Below, in pieces: positions 13,564 through 27,721 of a DNA stretch of 64,000 nucleotides. A program made the translations under genes and the position numbers. How positions within the stretch are numbered: position 1 is the stretch's first letter; the number at the start of each line of letters is the position of its first letter. Below the pieces are notes generated by a model. It had not been told where the DNA came from, searched no databases, and saw nothing but the letters and a program-made list of their open reading frames with translations. This stretch comes from Paramecium tetraurelia (taxonomy: Eukaryota), in NCBI GenBank assembly GCA_000165425.1, contig CT868529.1, positions 62,001 through 126,000 of the forward strand. The letters are read 5' to 3'.

Positions 13564-14183
13564 ATGCATAACAATAATCCAAGAAGTAGTTCTCACAAAT
13601 AATTAAAAACCTTGCAAAGCCAAATCTAATCTACTCCAGTATTAAAGTCTATAGAATAACTGAAGACAGAAGGAATTCAATACTATTACCATTAAGGATA
13701 TGAAAGGAAGGCTCTACATAAAATTTTTACACTTAATACTAAAAAAAGACATATACAAAGATATATAAATCAACAAGTTTATAATGCCGATTTAAATGGA
13801 ATTTCCCTTAAGGCCAGCTAAATGGACCGATTTAATTTGTATTAAAAAGGCTTGACGGAGTACTTTATAATAAATGATAATTTAGTGAATTACTAGCAAA
13901 TTCTAAAAGTTACAGCAATTTATCTCGCTTGAAAAAAGGAGACTTTCAAACTAGTTCTACTGAATAACTCTATGGATATAAAAACTCACAGCATAGAGAC
14001 ATACGTATTACATCAGGTCAGAGAATTCCATCGGTCTAATAAGAGAATTATCAAAATAATCAAAATAGAGTTTCTGTATCGAAACACTAGGTTAGACCCA
14101 AAAGAGAAGAACAATTAGTGTAGGCAATAAGGAAAGACAATTTATTTACAATCGTTTATAAGTCTAACATCTTTTCCAATTGA
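13564..14183 (+). CDS. Hypothetical protein
   Basis: MHNNNPRSSSHKQ...; one 26-nt intron restores frame to TGA 14181-14183. Confidence 0.65.
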
Positions 14184-14205
14184 TATATTTACTATTTAAT
14201 ATTTT

Positions 14206-17112
14206 ATGAATTTCAAGTTTAAAACAATCAGAAGAACCAGGAATGCCTTAAATGCTTAATAAATATATTGGGAAATAATTAAATTAAAGAAATATTTTAG
14301 AGTGAAAACTATTTTTGGAGAAGAGAAAAAAACTGAAATCATTTTTCATAGAACACAATTACCAAATAAATATCGCACTCATGATATGAGTTTATTTATT
14401 GAGCAACATCAAGAAACACAGAATTCGTTCTATTACATAGCAATAGGACTATTTAGCTTTGCGACAATGCATTTCTATGCAAAAATGCTATATGATGATG
14501 ATACTAGATATTGGGTCAGCATTCGATATCCAAATCACATGAAATACTTTGACATCTTTAATACTCGCATATAATAACAATATGATTATATTTTGGAGAA
14601 AGTATAACATACAACATAAAAGTTTAGTTACAACTAAAGAATAAAGATCTGAGTGGAGCTGTCGGATATCATAATGTAAAACAGGGCATTAAAGATCTAT
14701 TCAAAAGAGAGACTAAGATCATTGATTTTGAAACTACAGACTAATCCATATAAGGATTGGATAGTTTTTTATAGGAATAAGATAAAAAAGTACTTAAATC
14801 AATTAAATGAATTTTATATTTGATCAACTTAATCATTAAATCGATGATATCATAAATCATTACAATCTTTCGAAAATGCCCGCTTTGTAACTCATTTCTG
14901 TTATCCTAAACTATTTGGTTGGAGATACAAGACAAAGTTGTGGAATTGAAAAAAAAGAAGAGATCTATAAAACCATTTTAATCATTAAAAACCACCTCAA
15001 AAGTGATCCAACTTTGAAAATGAATTTATACAATGCTGATTATGTTGTTAAGAATAATGATTTAACCATTAAAGATTTAGATATTCATTATAAATGCAAA
15101 TTTGAGCTGAATGAAATTAAGTAAAAGATCAAAAATAGAGATTAAAAATTGGCAGAAACAACCTATTCATATCTAAGAGACTTATAAGGTCTTAGAGAAT
15201 AATTGTTTAGACAAGCAAATAATCTAAATTACGATTTATCTGATCATAGACATTTTGATACCTTTGAAATAACTGATCCAAAATACAGAGAGCTGTTGAA
15301 TACTAAAGTTACCAATATTAAAGCTGACTACGAATAGAAAATTAAATATCTAACATAAATATTGGAATCTTAGAAAAAGGAAATAGGAGCATTGAAATCC
15401 TAAATATAAGATTATCAATACAGAGCAGAACACTATGAAAATCCAGAGTTTTTAATTAGGAAACTGTTTCATGTAGAGAGAGATCCTTATGAATTGTGGA
15501 GACTTGTTTAAGATAACTAAGGAAATCCTTTCCTCTTTTAAGTGTTCTCAAATTAGAAAAAAGGTTATGGAATAGATTACACAGAAATAGATTAACTTTT
15601 GATGGCTGTTAAAGTTCAGGATAGAATATTTGAGCGACAGAAACAAACGTTGGATTAACAACTCGCTTAATTTATGGAAAGAATCTTAGAAGATGTTTAT
15701 GATTTAAGATAATAGGTTTTGGACAAAGAATCTGAATTAGATACTTAATAAAAACAATACATTAGAAATCTAACTTTATTGAACAAAACTATACTGAAAG
15801 CTTTTAATAAAAGTAACCTTTCAATTATTATTAAGTTATAAGTTCATATAACTTGTTGTTGATGAAGACTACTTTTAAAATATGGAAAGACAAAGAACTT
15901 AAATTAGCTCCTCTCCTAAAAGATTTATCTAAATTTTAAATTAAAAATCTTGAGCATGAGTTATTTGATTATTTTATCTAATAAATAAATGAGATGTAGG
16001 ATAAAGTAATATTTTTAGAATTGAAACTTAATGATTAAAAAGCATTATCTAAAACTTTAGAAACTAAAAATTAAATTGTTCAAAATACATTAGCATTATT
16101 AAAATGTAATTTCAATATTAAAAATTTTGATTTGGATCTCGAACAAAAATTATTGAAGTTAGATAATTTTCAAATCAGATTTTGTAAAGAATTATTAGAT
16201 TAATTAATGTTATAGAAATTGACCTATTAAAAGTATTTATAATAAATTCAAAAACAGGATTAATATGTATAAACAGATTGTATAGAAATTGTTGACTAAT
16301 CTCTAAAAACTAAAGAGATAATGGTTGATAATGTAGGTTTTATAACATACATAAAAGAGAAGTATTAGGAAAAAAAAGAAAAATAAGCAGTCCAAAGTGG
16401 AATTCACACTTAAAATAGATCATATTCTATTTAAGAAAATTAGAAGCCAAATATTGATTAATTGCCTTAATTAAAATAACAAAATAGAAGAATGACTAAA
16501 GTAGATTCAAATACTATAAAGCAATCAAATCAGCTCCAAGTGAGTGAATAATAGGAACAATAATAATAATAATCAAATAAAATTACAAGAAAAACATCTT
16601 AAAAAGATATAGAAATTTTAGAAAAAAAATAATCTAAATTTAAAACTGATTAGTAAAATTACTCTCCCAAAAGCAATTATATTCAGAACCAGAGAATCAA
16701 TCCAAGTAGTTTTTCATTTGACAATGAACCCATATCAAATAAGCAGATGATTTGCAATTCTGATGATATATCATTTGAACAAATAGATAACAATCTATTA
16801 TTCCCCCATCAAAGAAATATACTTCCTTAAGTCTAGGTTCATAAAGAAATTAAGTAGAGTATCATGAAACAAGCTAAATCAATTTAACATACTACTTAGG
16901 TACTGTGTGATAGTGAACCTGAAAGGTAAAAGAAATGTAATGAGGCAAAAAATAAACACAAAAATATTAAATATAAAAACAACATGATAATATAATACGA
17001 GGACTATCCAAAATATGAATAATCGGAATAATTATAAATTTTTCTCAACCAATCAAGTTGTTAATCGAAAAAAAATAAAACAAAATTACCGTAATTTATC
17101 TATAAAGTGTGA
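14206..17112 (+). CDS. Large hypothetical coiled-coil protein
   Basis: Long code-6 reading frame containing the ORF-track fragments 14302 and 14915; tiny introns; ends ...KLPQFIYKV TGA. Confidence 0.7.
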
Positions 17113-17805
17113 AAACATTTTTGATGATTATTTAATTAAATATTAAAAATATTATTTTTATTTATATTTAGGATAAATTTGGATATATTTTAATAACTCA
17201 AATTTTAAGGGGATTAGTTTATATAACTAAATCACTAATTATACAGAATCATAAAGCAGCATAAAAATGAACAAAGATTAAAAATTGTTGATTTTTAAGT
17301 TGATAATCACTTGAATTGCTTTAGCTTGATAATCATTTAATTAAAGCAAAATTGCATAAGGAGAATGTAAAATAATCAAATTATTGAAGTTTCTAAATTC
17401 TAATATTGAATTGGGCTAGTTTTATGATTGAAACTTAGATTCTTCAATTTATGATTTCGAACAAAATAGCCAATTTCTAATTAAAATTGTAGAGTCGAAA
17501 AGTTATAAAAGTTTCCTAAAAATAATATATCGATAACAATTATTTTTCTATCAAACTAAATTTTGAGATTTATAGATACTTTACTCATCTGTTTTTGAAA
17601 AAAGAGGACTTTTTCTCTACAAAAAACTTTTGAAATTTCATATCAAACAAATATAAAACTCTATAAAATATGTAGATATTGATATAAAACATATATGATC
17701 TAAAAATTATCAATAAATTTTAAACAAATAATTCATTAACACAAGATTTATGAAAAATAAATAAATAAATCAAGAATTTGTTAGCTTAAGAACAAATGTC
17801 TATAA

Positions 17806-18186
17806 TCAAAAGATTTTGCAAGGGCAGCATTCATCAAGATCTTATTGAGGTTCTTTAGTATAGTACTTAATTTGTTTTAGAGATTATCCAAGGATTTGAT
17901 CTCGAAATGTTACTCTATGTTATTTTTTTCCTTTCAAAATTTCATTTTAGAACATATCTCTCCTTTAATGAGTTTTCTTCATCACCCTCTCAGTTTCAGG
18001 GTTGATTTCAATACAATCACCATCTGCTTTAATTAAATTTTCTAACTTTGGTTCAAAAGATGACACTAAAATATTAATTTTAGGCATTGACAATTCATGC
18101 AACACAGATTTTTATGTTAAAGAATGATTACCACTTAGGTCAGTTACTTCTGAGTTCCTATTCCTCAAGCTGAATAAATCAATCAT
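17806..18186 (-). CDS. Small protein with RVxF (PP1-docking-like) motif and C-terminal CaaX-like box
   Basis: Intronless 126 aa; KGKKQHRVTFRDQ; ends DECCPCKIF*. Confidence 0.75.
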
Positions 18187-18357
18187 TATTGTTATTTTTA
18201 TTTTTTCATATGAAATAATTGCTATTTTTCATCAACTAATACTCCTAATTAATATTATAAATAATGGGGAATGTTAGTAATATTATATAAAAAAGAAAGA
18301 ATTAAAAAAAGTAAACTTTTATTCATTTCCAATAATATGCAGAAAATAGCTTTATAA

Positions 18358-19432
18358 TCATTTTTGCACAAATGTCTCTAAAATCAAAATAGGAAATTAG
18401 CCATGATTAGTGATGATTTCTAATTTTTGATCTTTCTTTTTGTAATCAGTCTCAGGAACCTGAATGAAATAGTATTATTACTTTTATAAATTTTAGATAT
18501 GGATTTTCAATGGCTGGTTTATAAAATTAATCTAAATGTAATTTTGTTTTGGATTATAATGCAATAGTGTATTCCTTATTGGATTCAAGTAAAACAGGGG
18601 TAATTTTAATATAATATTGATTATTAATGACATTTAATTAATTATGATTCAATTTCAATTGCTATTAATAAATGAATTCAATTAGATTGTATCCTTAATG
18701 TATCGAGAGATGCATTGCTTATTCTTACATTTAATCGATACCATTAATACATGGTTGCATAAAACCAATTAATTTGCAGTTACGAGCTACTTAGATAGTT
18801 GTTACAATAATTTCATTAGGTTTAACTGTTAAAATTTCATTTTTTAGTAATTGCATAAATTAGTTGATCTGAACCTTAGAGTCAAGCTTTTGAATATTTC
18901 GATAGGGATTTAAGACCTCTAATTTCTATTGAACATTTTAAAGCAGACTTTCAACATATTAGGCACTTTCATATTAGATTTTAAATTCAATATCCAATTT
19001 CACTTCTTTGTTGTCTTTTTTTGAAACTTAACTTAAATATTGTGCAACAAATTGAAATTCCAATTCTGTTAGAGTGTTTTCGTTTTTTTATTGTAGGTAT
19101 TTTTCGATTGTAGATTCAATTTATTGTTTCATCTTCAATTGTTAAATGACTTCCTTAATTTTTAACTCAACGAATTCTAATTCTTTCATTAAGTTGATTC
19201 TTAGATTAATCAGATTGTTGGATATCAAAAGTAGGTCATCATGTACTTATTTCTTTAATTGAATATATTCTTAGCTCATTTTAATACTTTATTAACAGTT
19301 CACAATAAGATGATGTGAGTGATCATGAATGCACTTTTTGCAAATCAACTTATCTTCGACACTACAATACTATTCAATGCACAGATATTATCTTTGTAGA
19401 CCATGGCTATTGCAAATGAATGAACTTGACAT
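18358..19432 (-). CDS. B-box zinc finger + coiled coil + PHR-like C-terminal domain protein
   Basis: CNSH..YLCIEQYC...LICKKCIHDHSHH; heptad region; PVLLESNKEYTIAL...HGQFPILIL; one 22-nt intron. Confidence 0.7.
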
Positions 19433-19456
19433 TTTATTTATATTTAATAATACACA

Positions 19457-20724
19457 TCACAAATCTTATTTCTAGGTATTTAATTTAGGTAAACTTGAGA
19501 ATGATTATCCAGATTCAATTTTCTTGATAACTCCTCTAACAAATTCATTTAAATTTTCAACTGTTAGTTATTTTTTAAATCTATAGTATTTCTTTGAATT
19601 CAAATCAATAGCCACAACCTGAGGATATCTAAAAAATTCATATCATATAAATAGCAATACCCTTCTCCAATGACACTCAATTCAGCCTCGAAATCATCAA
19701 ACTATTCTCCGACAAACCACCCTAAGTTAGCTCTGCCTGTCAATGACAAAGATGTCTATAATATACTTATATATAATTACTTTCTTCAGTATTTAAAGAG
19801 CATCTTCTTATTCTTTCTTGTCACTTGGTAAGAATCCCAAAACACAGAGGGCTTAAATAGTTTAAAAATATTACTGTTGCAAATCTAGTTTAATTTTTCG
19901 TCAGAAGTAATTTGAATCACCTCTGTAACAACTGATTAACCATCAACTGGTTTTTATTCTTTAATATATTTCAAAAGAGCATCCAAATTTCTTTCTCCCT
20001 CATATTTCTTATGAGTGTCCTTTTTGTTTCCAGCAGGGAAAAAGTAAATTGTTGGATATGACTCAACATTGAATCTTTTAGCTAATGCAGTTTAAGCAGT
20101 AGCATCAACTTTTGCTATTGGAATATCGGCTTAATGTGATAATTTATTCCATTCTGGTTAGAGCTACTTGCAATGTCCACACCATGGAGCATAGAATTCA
20201 ACAAACCAGGCTTCTTAACTATTGATAACCTGCTCATCAAAATTAGAATCAGTGAGAACAACAACTTTGGAATCGTCATTTGCTGGTTGTGGCTTGATTT
20301 CAACTCCTAATCTGTTTAGGGCAATTTCTCTAGCTCTATCCAAAAGATAATCTACTATTGCATTCTTTTTCCTTTCTCCCTCATAGGCAATAGGATCTGC
20401 TTTATTTACACCAAAGAATTTAATAGTTGGATAACTATTGACTCCATAAGGTTATCCAGCCTCTCCATCAGTAGTCATATCTAATGCACCTATTTTGATA
20501 ATTCCATCTAAAGCTTTAGCAGCCTTATTATATTCTGGGGCTAAAGCTTTACAATGACCACACCAAGGAGCGAAGAACTCGACTAGCCAAGGTTCACCTG
20601 AATCAAGGACCAATTATTTGAAATTATCTTTAGTAAGTTTGATCACTTTGGAATCTGCATCGTATAAAGCAAAGCATTATGTAATCATAAAGGTCAGAAG
20701 AAGTAAAGAACAGCAGCTTTTCAT
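19457..20724 (-). CDS. PDIA6: Protein disulfide isomerase, PDIA6/P5 type
   Basis: Signal peptide, two thioredoxin domains each with APWCGHCK, C-terminal KQDL retention signal. Confidence 0.93.
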
Positions 20725-21002
20725 TTAGATGTTATTTTTATTATCGTGTAGTGTTGGAAATATTCTAGAATTTATAAATCTACACGTTATATTTATACTA
20801 TATAATTATTAAATATTCTCTAATTTCCTATTATTTAACAATTCAATTTATTATAGAAATATAAATTAAATAGACAAAAACTATGAAAACAAAAATAAGT
20901 GGAAAATTAACATGTTAAAAATAATGAATTAAAGTAAAATATTTAAGATAGTATGAAATGTGTAAAATCTATTTATTTTATTATTTAATATACTAATATA
21001 TC

Positions 21003-21615
21003 TCATGCACCAATTGCTAATTTGGATCTAGCTGCTTGTTTTCTGGATTAACGAGCAACAACTTTATTATTGGCTTCCTTTTTAACATTCTCATCTCTTT
21101 AAGCTGCCCAAATTTCAATATGTGCATTTGATGATAGGAATGCTATTTGAATTATAAGTATGATAATTTTACGATTGATTCTTCCGTGAGCTCTGTATGT
21201 TCGACGTCTTCCCTTTTGAGCTCTGTTAACTTGAACATGATTGATGATCAATTTTTCATTGCTCAAATTTTTAACTTAAGCATTAGCTGCTAAATTTTAT
21301 AAGAGAGACAATACAATTCTAACACTTTTCTCTGGCCATCTACCTAATCATTGATTTTAACACTCAAATACCTTGGGATCTGCCAAATTCTTTAGCTTAT
21401 CCTGTTCTACCAACCCCACCATTGAATCTGGTGAATGGAACGCATCTCTTATGTTAAAGGACATCTTGCATGTATTTAAGAGCCTAAGCAAGTGTTTATC
21501 CCTTGATTGCTCTTGCTACTTCATATGTGTTCTTGAAATGAGTTCTTAAATCACTAGCTTTGGCCTTGGCTGATTGTTTTGCTACTGCAGGTTCTCTGGC
21601 ATATTATTTTCCCAT
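21003..21615 (-). CDS. RPL17: 60S ribosomal protein L17 (uL22)
   Basis: [52 protein letters not shown]; 2 introns. Confidence 0.97.
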
Positions 21616-21714
21616 TAAATTATATCCTTTTTAATTTATTTAATTTTTTTTCAAATTTTATTAAGAATTGAATAACAATAATGTTTTATATATTGATATT
21701 TAGATGCAGCCATT

Positions 21715-23044
21715 TCAATTATTTACTATAGCATATCTGACTCTATATCCACCTCCAAACTATTCAATGTTGCCACTATCAAATAACTCTTTTGGTTGAC
21801 TTTTGAATAAGAATCCTAAGTTCCTTTTCTATTATGGTATGACAAACTCATTTGATGTGTAAAAGTTCTTGTCTTAAATGTAATTAAAAAATGAAACCTG
21901 TTAAAATTGCATAACTGTTATTTGAGGCAGAGAACTTAAGAATCTTTTCATCCTTAGGTAAATCAATGGGTCTTGGAACATAGCTCTCATCGAATCCTGA
22001 TAAATAGATTCTATTTTGGTCTGTCAAAAATAAGGAAAGATTATATCCAAGATCAAAATCAATCACTTTTTCATTAGGCTAAAAGTATTTCTAATTAACT
22101 GGAGTGGGTGTATAATTTTCCTAAGCAATATTTTAAATATCTTACTAAATCTGTAACAACATATTCTTATTGTCTGACTCCCAATGAACCATAGTAACTT
22201 CTACCCCATCCAACAACTATTCCCTCATCTGATAACATATATTATAGAATATACTTAATAAGGCTAATGTTCCAGCAAAGCAGGATTTGATCTTCTAGAT
22301 GGTGTAACCAGATTTGCTCAATTATTCAAATATTGGATTAAGTTCTGGATATTTGAAATTGAGACTGCATCCATTACCTAATTCTCCTCTCTTTCCTGCA
22401 CCCCAGACATAGACTTAATTGCTTTCATTCACAACAATAGAGTAATCGATGCCAGCACTAACAAATTTACCTTTTGGAGTGCCAACTAATTTTTCAACTG
22501 CTTAAGGTGTTGCAACATTATTCTAATAGTTATCTCCTAATCCACTAGCTTTACCTTAGAATTAATCCCAAATTGAGTTGTTTGCATTTCCCCAAGTATA
22601 AACATTTCCATCAGCTAAACTATTAACATTTATTCATAATACAAGCCAAAGCAACTGCATGATTTGATCCCAAAGCCACATCGGTCACTTTTAATCCTTT
22701 ATCTCTGAAGTATCTAACCAATTGAGGTGTTTGATGTTCTTCTGTGTTGCCTAAACCTAATTGTCCATAGTTATTGTGACCGAATGTATATAAATCACCA
22801 TTGTCTTGTAATTTAATATCAAAGGAATACCTGTAATGACAGCGGTAAAGTATTCGCTTGGATATACCTTAGCCACATTACCATTAAATTCATCTATTCT
22901 TCTTGGTCTCAATTAATCTCCTTTTGAGTCCTAATTGATTCCGCAGCCTAAACTGTGAACTCCCCAAGTGTACAAATTGCCTGCTCTATAAATTGGACGA
23001 GTCCATAATGATTTGAAAAGACCACTATGTGTTAAGCAATTCAT
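21715..23044 (-). CDS. RCC1-repeat protein (possibly mitochondrial RCC1L-like)
   Basis: Repeats LYTWG, LYTFGHNNYGQLGLG, VYTWGN, VYVWGAGKRGELGNG, VGWGRSYYGSLG; several tiny introns. Confidence 0.85.
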
Positions 23045-23293
23045 AAAATATTTATTTCAAGATCTAATTAATTATTTACATAGAAAGATTCAAAAAAAGT
23101 CTCTTTTATGTCGAATCTCTCTTTTCATAGTCTTTTGGCAATTGCATGGATAGTTGGTTGGAATACAATTATAATATTTTTTTGGATAGAATTTCAGTTT
23201 CTTATTGGAAAGTAGGAAACAGATTAGAATTATGTTACGAACAACGAAACCCAAGATTGTAATTATTAATGTTTTAATAATAATTAAATTTAC

Positions 23294-24484
23294 ATGAGTG
23301 ATTTAATCTCCAAAGCAGTATCAAATTTCTATGACAAAATAACTGAATATTGCCTCCCCATAATAAACCCTAATTCTCAAGAATCTAGGGAACCCAATAA
23401 GAGACTTTTATTGAATAAATCAAGCAAATCTCAATCGCAACATGCAATATAAAAAATAATTGCAACATCATCAAACCAATCCCCTCCGAATACAGGGACT
23501 ACGCTTTAGTTTTCCTTTGGATAGAATAATCAGCCCAAAGATAACGAATCAATCTAACCATCTAGTTTAATGAATAAAACCATAGATCAATAGGAATCTT
23601 ATAATGATATGATCAACATTAATTAGTTAATTAATCAAAAAAAGAAGGAACTAAATGCTGAGAATAAATATTTTCTATAAGAAATTTCTAGAATCAGATG
23701 TAATTACCCTCTATCATTATTAGAAAACTTCGAAATGAAATCCAAGATTAGGAATAAATTTCAAAAAGAAAGAAAGTCTACCACTTCATCATAAGACAAA
23801 TACGAAAAGTGCTGGGATGAGACCCTGAAAGAAATAAACAAAGATTCCAAGGATTTCGAGTAACTAATTGAGCAATCCAAGCGATTCAAACGAATCGAAA
23901 GACCAAAACCTCTCAGAAGCCAAGTAAAACTTATTTTAATCTCCTAGGTATTTTCCAGGATCAGAGAACATGAAAATCAATATTTTAAATAACGTTCGGA
24001 ATCTATCATTAAATAAATGAAATAAAGATAAATATAAGTTGTAGATGAAGTTTCTGCCCAAATTGAATAAGTTTAATTATTAAAAAAAGAATAATAATAT
24101 TAAAGATCCAAAGAAAGAGAAGAGGGAAAACAAGAAATCATTAAATCTTTGAAGTTTAAGGAATAAGGAAAATTACTTAAATTATTATAGAATAAGTCTT
24201 CAAATCGTCATCTTCAACTCTCTAGAAAAATCCTAGAAAAATCGGATGACGGTATCCATTCCTTTTCAAAACGCAATAAAATCAGATCAATTAGTTTTAA
24301 TTGTGTTTTGCCTACCATTGATTTGAAATAAGATGAAGGATTAATTTAAACGATAGTTTAGTAATAGCATTAAACAAACCACAAATTTATTGAAAAACCC
24401 AATTTTAAAAGAAAAAGTCTAATTGTAAATCAAATTAATAGCAACCCATATTAGGATTTATCTAAGCTCATTAGATGTTCATGA
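23294..24484 (+). CDS. Hypothetical protein (Gln/Lys/Glu-rich)
   Basis: MSDLISKAVSNFYDKITEYCLP...; intron near 23924-23947; TGA 24482-24484. Confidence 0.65.
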
Positions 24485-24540
24485 TATCTTATTGTTCTCA
24501 TTATTCATGCATTTATATTTTATTCAATTAAAGAATAAAT

Positions 24541-25714
24541 ATGAGTTAATCATGTAAATTGTCACTTTCTACTCTCAAGGGTTAGCAGCCATTGTTTCCT
24601 AACATTTCATATAAAACTTCTGAGTCTCCTTCAAAAGATTTGATTCCCCTCACTAATTATATGTTATTTGAATAAAAGTAGGATAAAATAAATGCTAATC
24701 GAATGAAAAGTGGTAATTAGCTGAAAAATGAAAGAGTAGAAACTATCTCTAGATATCTTCGTTAATTAGTACTCACGAAGAAAAGTTTTAATCAAGATAT
24801 ATCGAAAATATAAGACAAGGATAAAATAACTGATTCCAAGGATACAATTTCAAATTCTGAGGAATCTACTTTGTCTTTTCATAACCTAAAGAAAATCGAT
24901 GATAAATTCCGCAAATAAAGTATTTAAGTTATCATATATATAATTAGTGTTTTAAAGGATTAGTAAATCATGTAAAGATCTTACTGTTTAAGGTAATTAA
25001 GACAACTAAATGCAAAATCATTGCATCGTTGAATTAGACTAAGAGCAAGAAGATTGCGAACGCAATATTTCTCATGTTATTAAGAATTAAATAAATATCT
25101 CACCAAATTTATATAATAATTTCATACATAATAAAATTTAAAAGTTATCACCATAAAATTAATAAAATGTATTTAATTACTATAATTTTAGGTTGTGTTG
25201 GACTTTAGTTAATAAAATAAAGAATTTCGAGAAAAGAATACCCAAATTATACACATGATTAGGAATGTTCAGCAAAATATTTTCAGACAAAGAGAGGAGG
25301 AAAGGTTAAATTTGGATAAAGATTATAAAATTTAAAAAGTTCAAAGACAAAAGGAAAGAAAAGAAGGATTGCACAACGCATAAGTAGGTTTGAAAGATCG
25401 AAAATTAAAATTATTGTTAAATGCTCTTAAAGGATCTTAAAGTAAGTAGAGTTAAGATCCTTTAGTATTAAATATTAAAAAAAAATAAAATAATATGGGG
25501 AACTAATCAACAATTATAAGTAGATAGAATTCCTTTTAATATTATAACTTAAATTGTATTACTGACAAATAAAATGATGATAAAATGATCAGAAAATTTT
25601 CTTAGGTTTCTGATGTTTGTAGTTCTGAAACCTCATTAGGCTCAAATTGTTATATATGTAATAAATTGAAAATAATCTGTAGAATTTCCACGAAAACTTT
25701 CCAAAGCCACTTGA
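24541..25714 (+). CDS. Hypothetical protein
   Basis: MSQSCKLSLSTLKGQQPLFP...; open with three inferred tiny introns. Confidence 0.6.
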
Positions 25715-25800
25715 TTATCGATTATTAATATTCTATAGATTATCATAAATTCGTTTATTTAATAAGTTTATTGGAAAATAAATAAAAAAAATAATATCTA

Positions 25801-26535
25801 ATGTCTGGAGAGCTACCTAAAATCACTTCTAAGAGTTTATTTTCTACTTATGTTGAAAAAAAGAATGCAGAAGAAGAATCTCTAAAAATTAGGAATAGAA
25901 TTGATTAAATACGACAAGAACGTGATAAAATATTAAAGAGAATATAGTCTGAAGAGTTAAAGGCAGAACAAATTTACAAACATAGATTGGAACTATAATT
26001 AAAAGTAATTTCTATATTAAAGTGATAGAAAGAAGAAAAAATCAGATAGAAGGTGGAAGCACCTCCTCCTTTTTCTTTAGGTGTTTCTAGAGCATAGAGA
26101 GAGACTCTAAAGAGAATAAAAGAAGAAATGCTTCACAGAAAGAAAACAGAAGTAAAGGAATTTAGAAGTTGGCATCGACATGATTTATAGGAAACTAGAT
26201 TATAGAAAAGTTTAGATCATGAATCTTATCGTTCTAAAGTTCTTTAAGGAAAGGAAGAAGAGAGATAGGCTAATTAAAATACTTTAGAGAAATTGAAAGA
26301 AAGACGAAATAGAATTAGATATGAATTAGAAATAGAAAAAGATCGAATTCAAAGAGAGAAGAACGAGTATGATTAAAAGATTCAAGAATTAGAATAATTG
26401 GAATAATTAGAATTAGCAAATTTGTAGAAAACTCTCCAAAGACAAAATTAAGCAAAAGAAAAGGTTAATTTAGCTTAAACTTTGCCACCTAAAGAATTGG
26501 AAGCTAAATTTGGTTATAATTCTACAAGTTCATGA
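25801..26535 (+). CDS. Coiled-coil protein
   Basis: MSGELPKIT...KKNAEEESLKIRNRIDQIRQE...; E/K/R/Q-rich heptads; one intron. Confidence 0.75.
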
Positions 26536-26826
26536 CAATATTTATAAATATAAAATTTCATTTGTGAATTGAACGTATTAAACAATTTACAAAATCACTT
26601 ATTTTCTTACTTCAAATTACTTTAATATTTTTACCCAAGCTGTCCATACATTAGTAGTCATAAACTAGTTATTAATATTTTATAGTTAGATAATTAAAGT
26701 GGTTGGCTCATAAATGAGTTAAGTTATTACGCTGCTGTTCTTAACTTTAATCAATAGCTATTTCTATAAATTCTAGATAATATATTTATGATAAATATAA
26801 AAAATTCCCAATAATACCAAAATAAA

Positions 26827-27610
26827 TCAATCAACTAACATATATGTATTTACACCCTATCCTTACTAGATGCTTCCATTGTCGTATAATTGCCTTATTG
26901 ATTATCTTTTTATAATAGATTTAAATACTTAATGTCCTATAAACCATGTTGATCTGAAAACATATTAATAATCTTTTACATAGGGATACTAGTATCACCA
27001 AACTATTTGATAAAATTTAAAATCTATTTTAATATATAAAATTGGATACCTTGTCTGACAAACTTTATTGTGAAGGTTTAAATTATTCCTCTTCTACGAT
27101 TTATGTGCTTGTTTACATAAAATTTGGATTTTTGATATGATTAGATTTAATTGTTTATTGTATAATATTAAGCATATGCGATATTACTTAACCAATTTGA
27201 TTTACTTTTTTGATGTTCATAATATCAAAGCATATACCCTCTTTGCGAATTCTAGTTCTTAGCAAAAATTAAAAATAACATGTTTTTGGCTCTTCATTAT
27301 TTACAATATTAAACATTTCTCTGACATAGTCACCTTCTGAAAATAGTATACTAATTTTTTCAAAACCACTATCATCATTAATAACTATAGATCCTTTGCC
27401 ATCGCTATCTTAAGATGATTCTGCTCGAGCTACAACTTGAATTAATGTGATTGGTTTATCGTGGAAAAGGATCTCGTTTTTATCAGATACAGATATTTTG
27501 AGTTTCTTCATCATTCTTATGGTCATATTAGTAACTTGTTCATTATAGTTCACTCCTTGCTTGAATCCTGATTGATTTTTTTATTCGCTAAACTAGGATT
27601 ATTAAAACAT
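26827..27610 (-). CDS. RPA2: Replication protein A 32 kDa subunit-like (OB fold + winged helix)
   Basis: PITLIQVVARAE..IVINDDSG, IKKVNQIGQVISHMLNII, C-terminal DKILNFIKQ...IKQSIRQLYDNGSI; 2 introns. Confidence 0.78.
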
Positions 27611-27721
27611 AATTAAATTAAATTCTTAGCGCCATTTCGAAAATTAAATTGTTATTATCAAAAATTGATGAAGAACAAAATATAAGTAAAAATATTAGAT
27701 TAATATAATATTGATTGGATA

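Noticed and set aside
25428..25464. 13-bp inverted repeat TAAAGGATCTTAA..TTAAGATCCTTTA, TA-bounded like an IES
   Set aside because: It lies in an open coding frame, and excising 35 bp would frameshift the gene; likely chance
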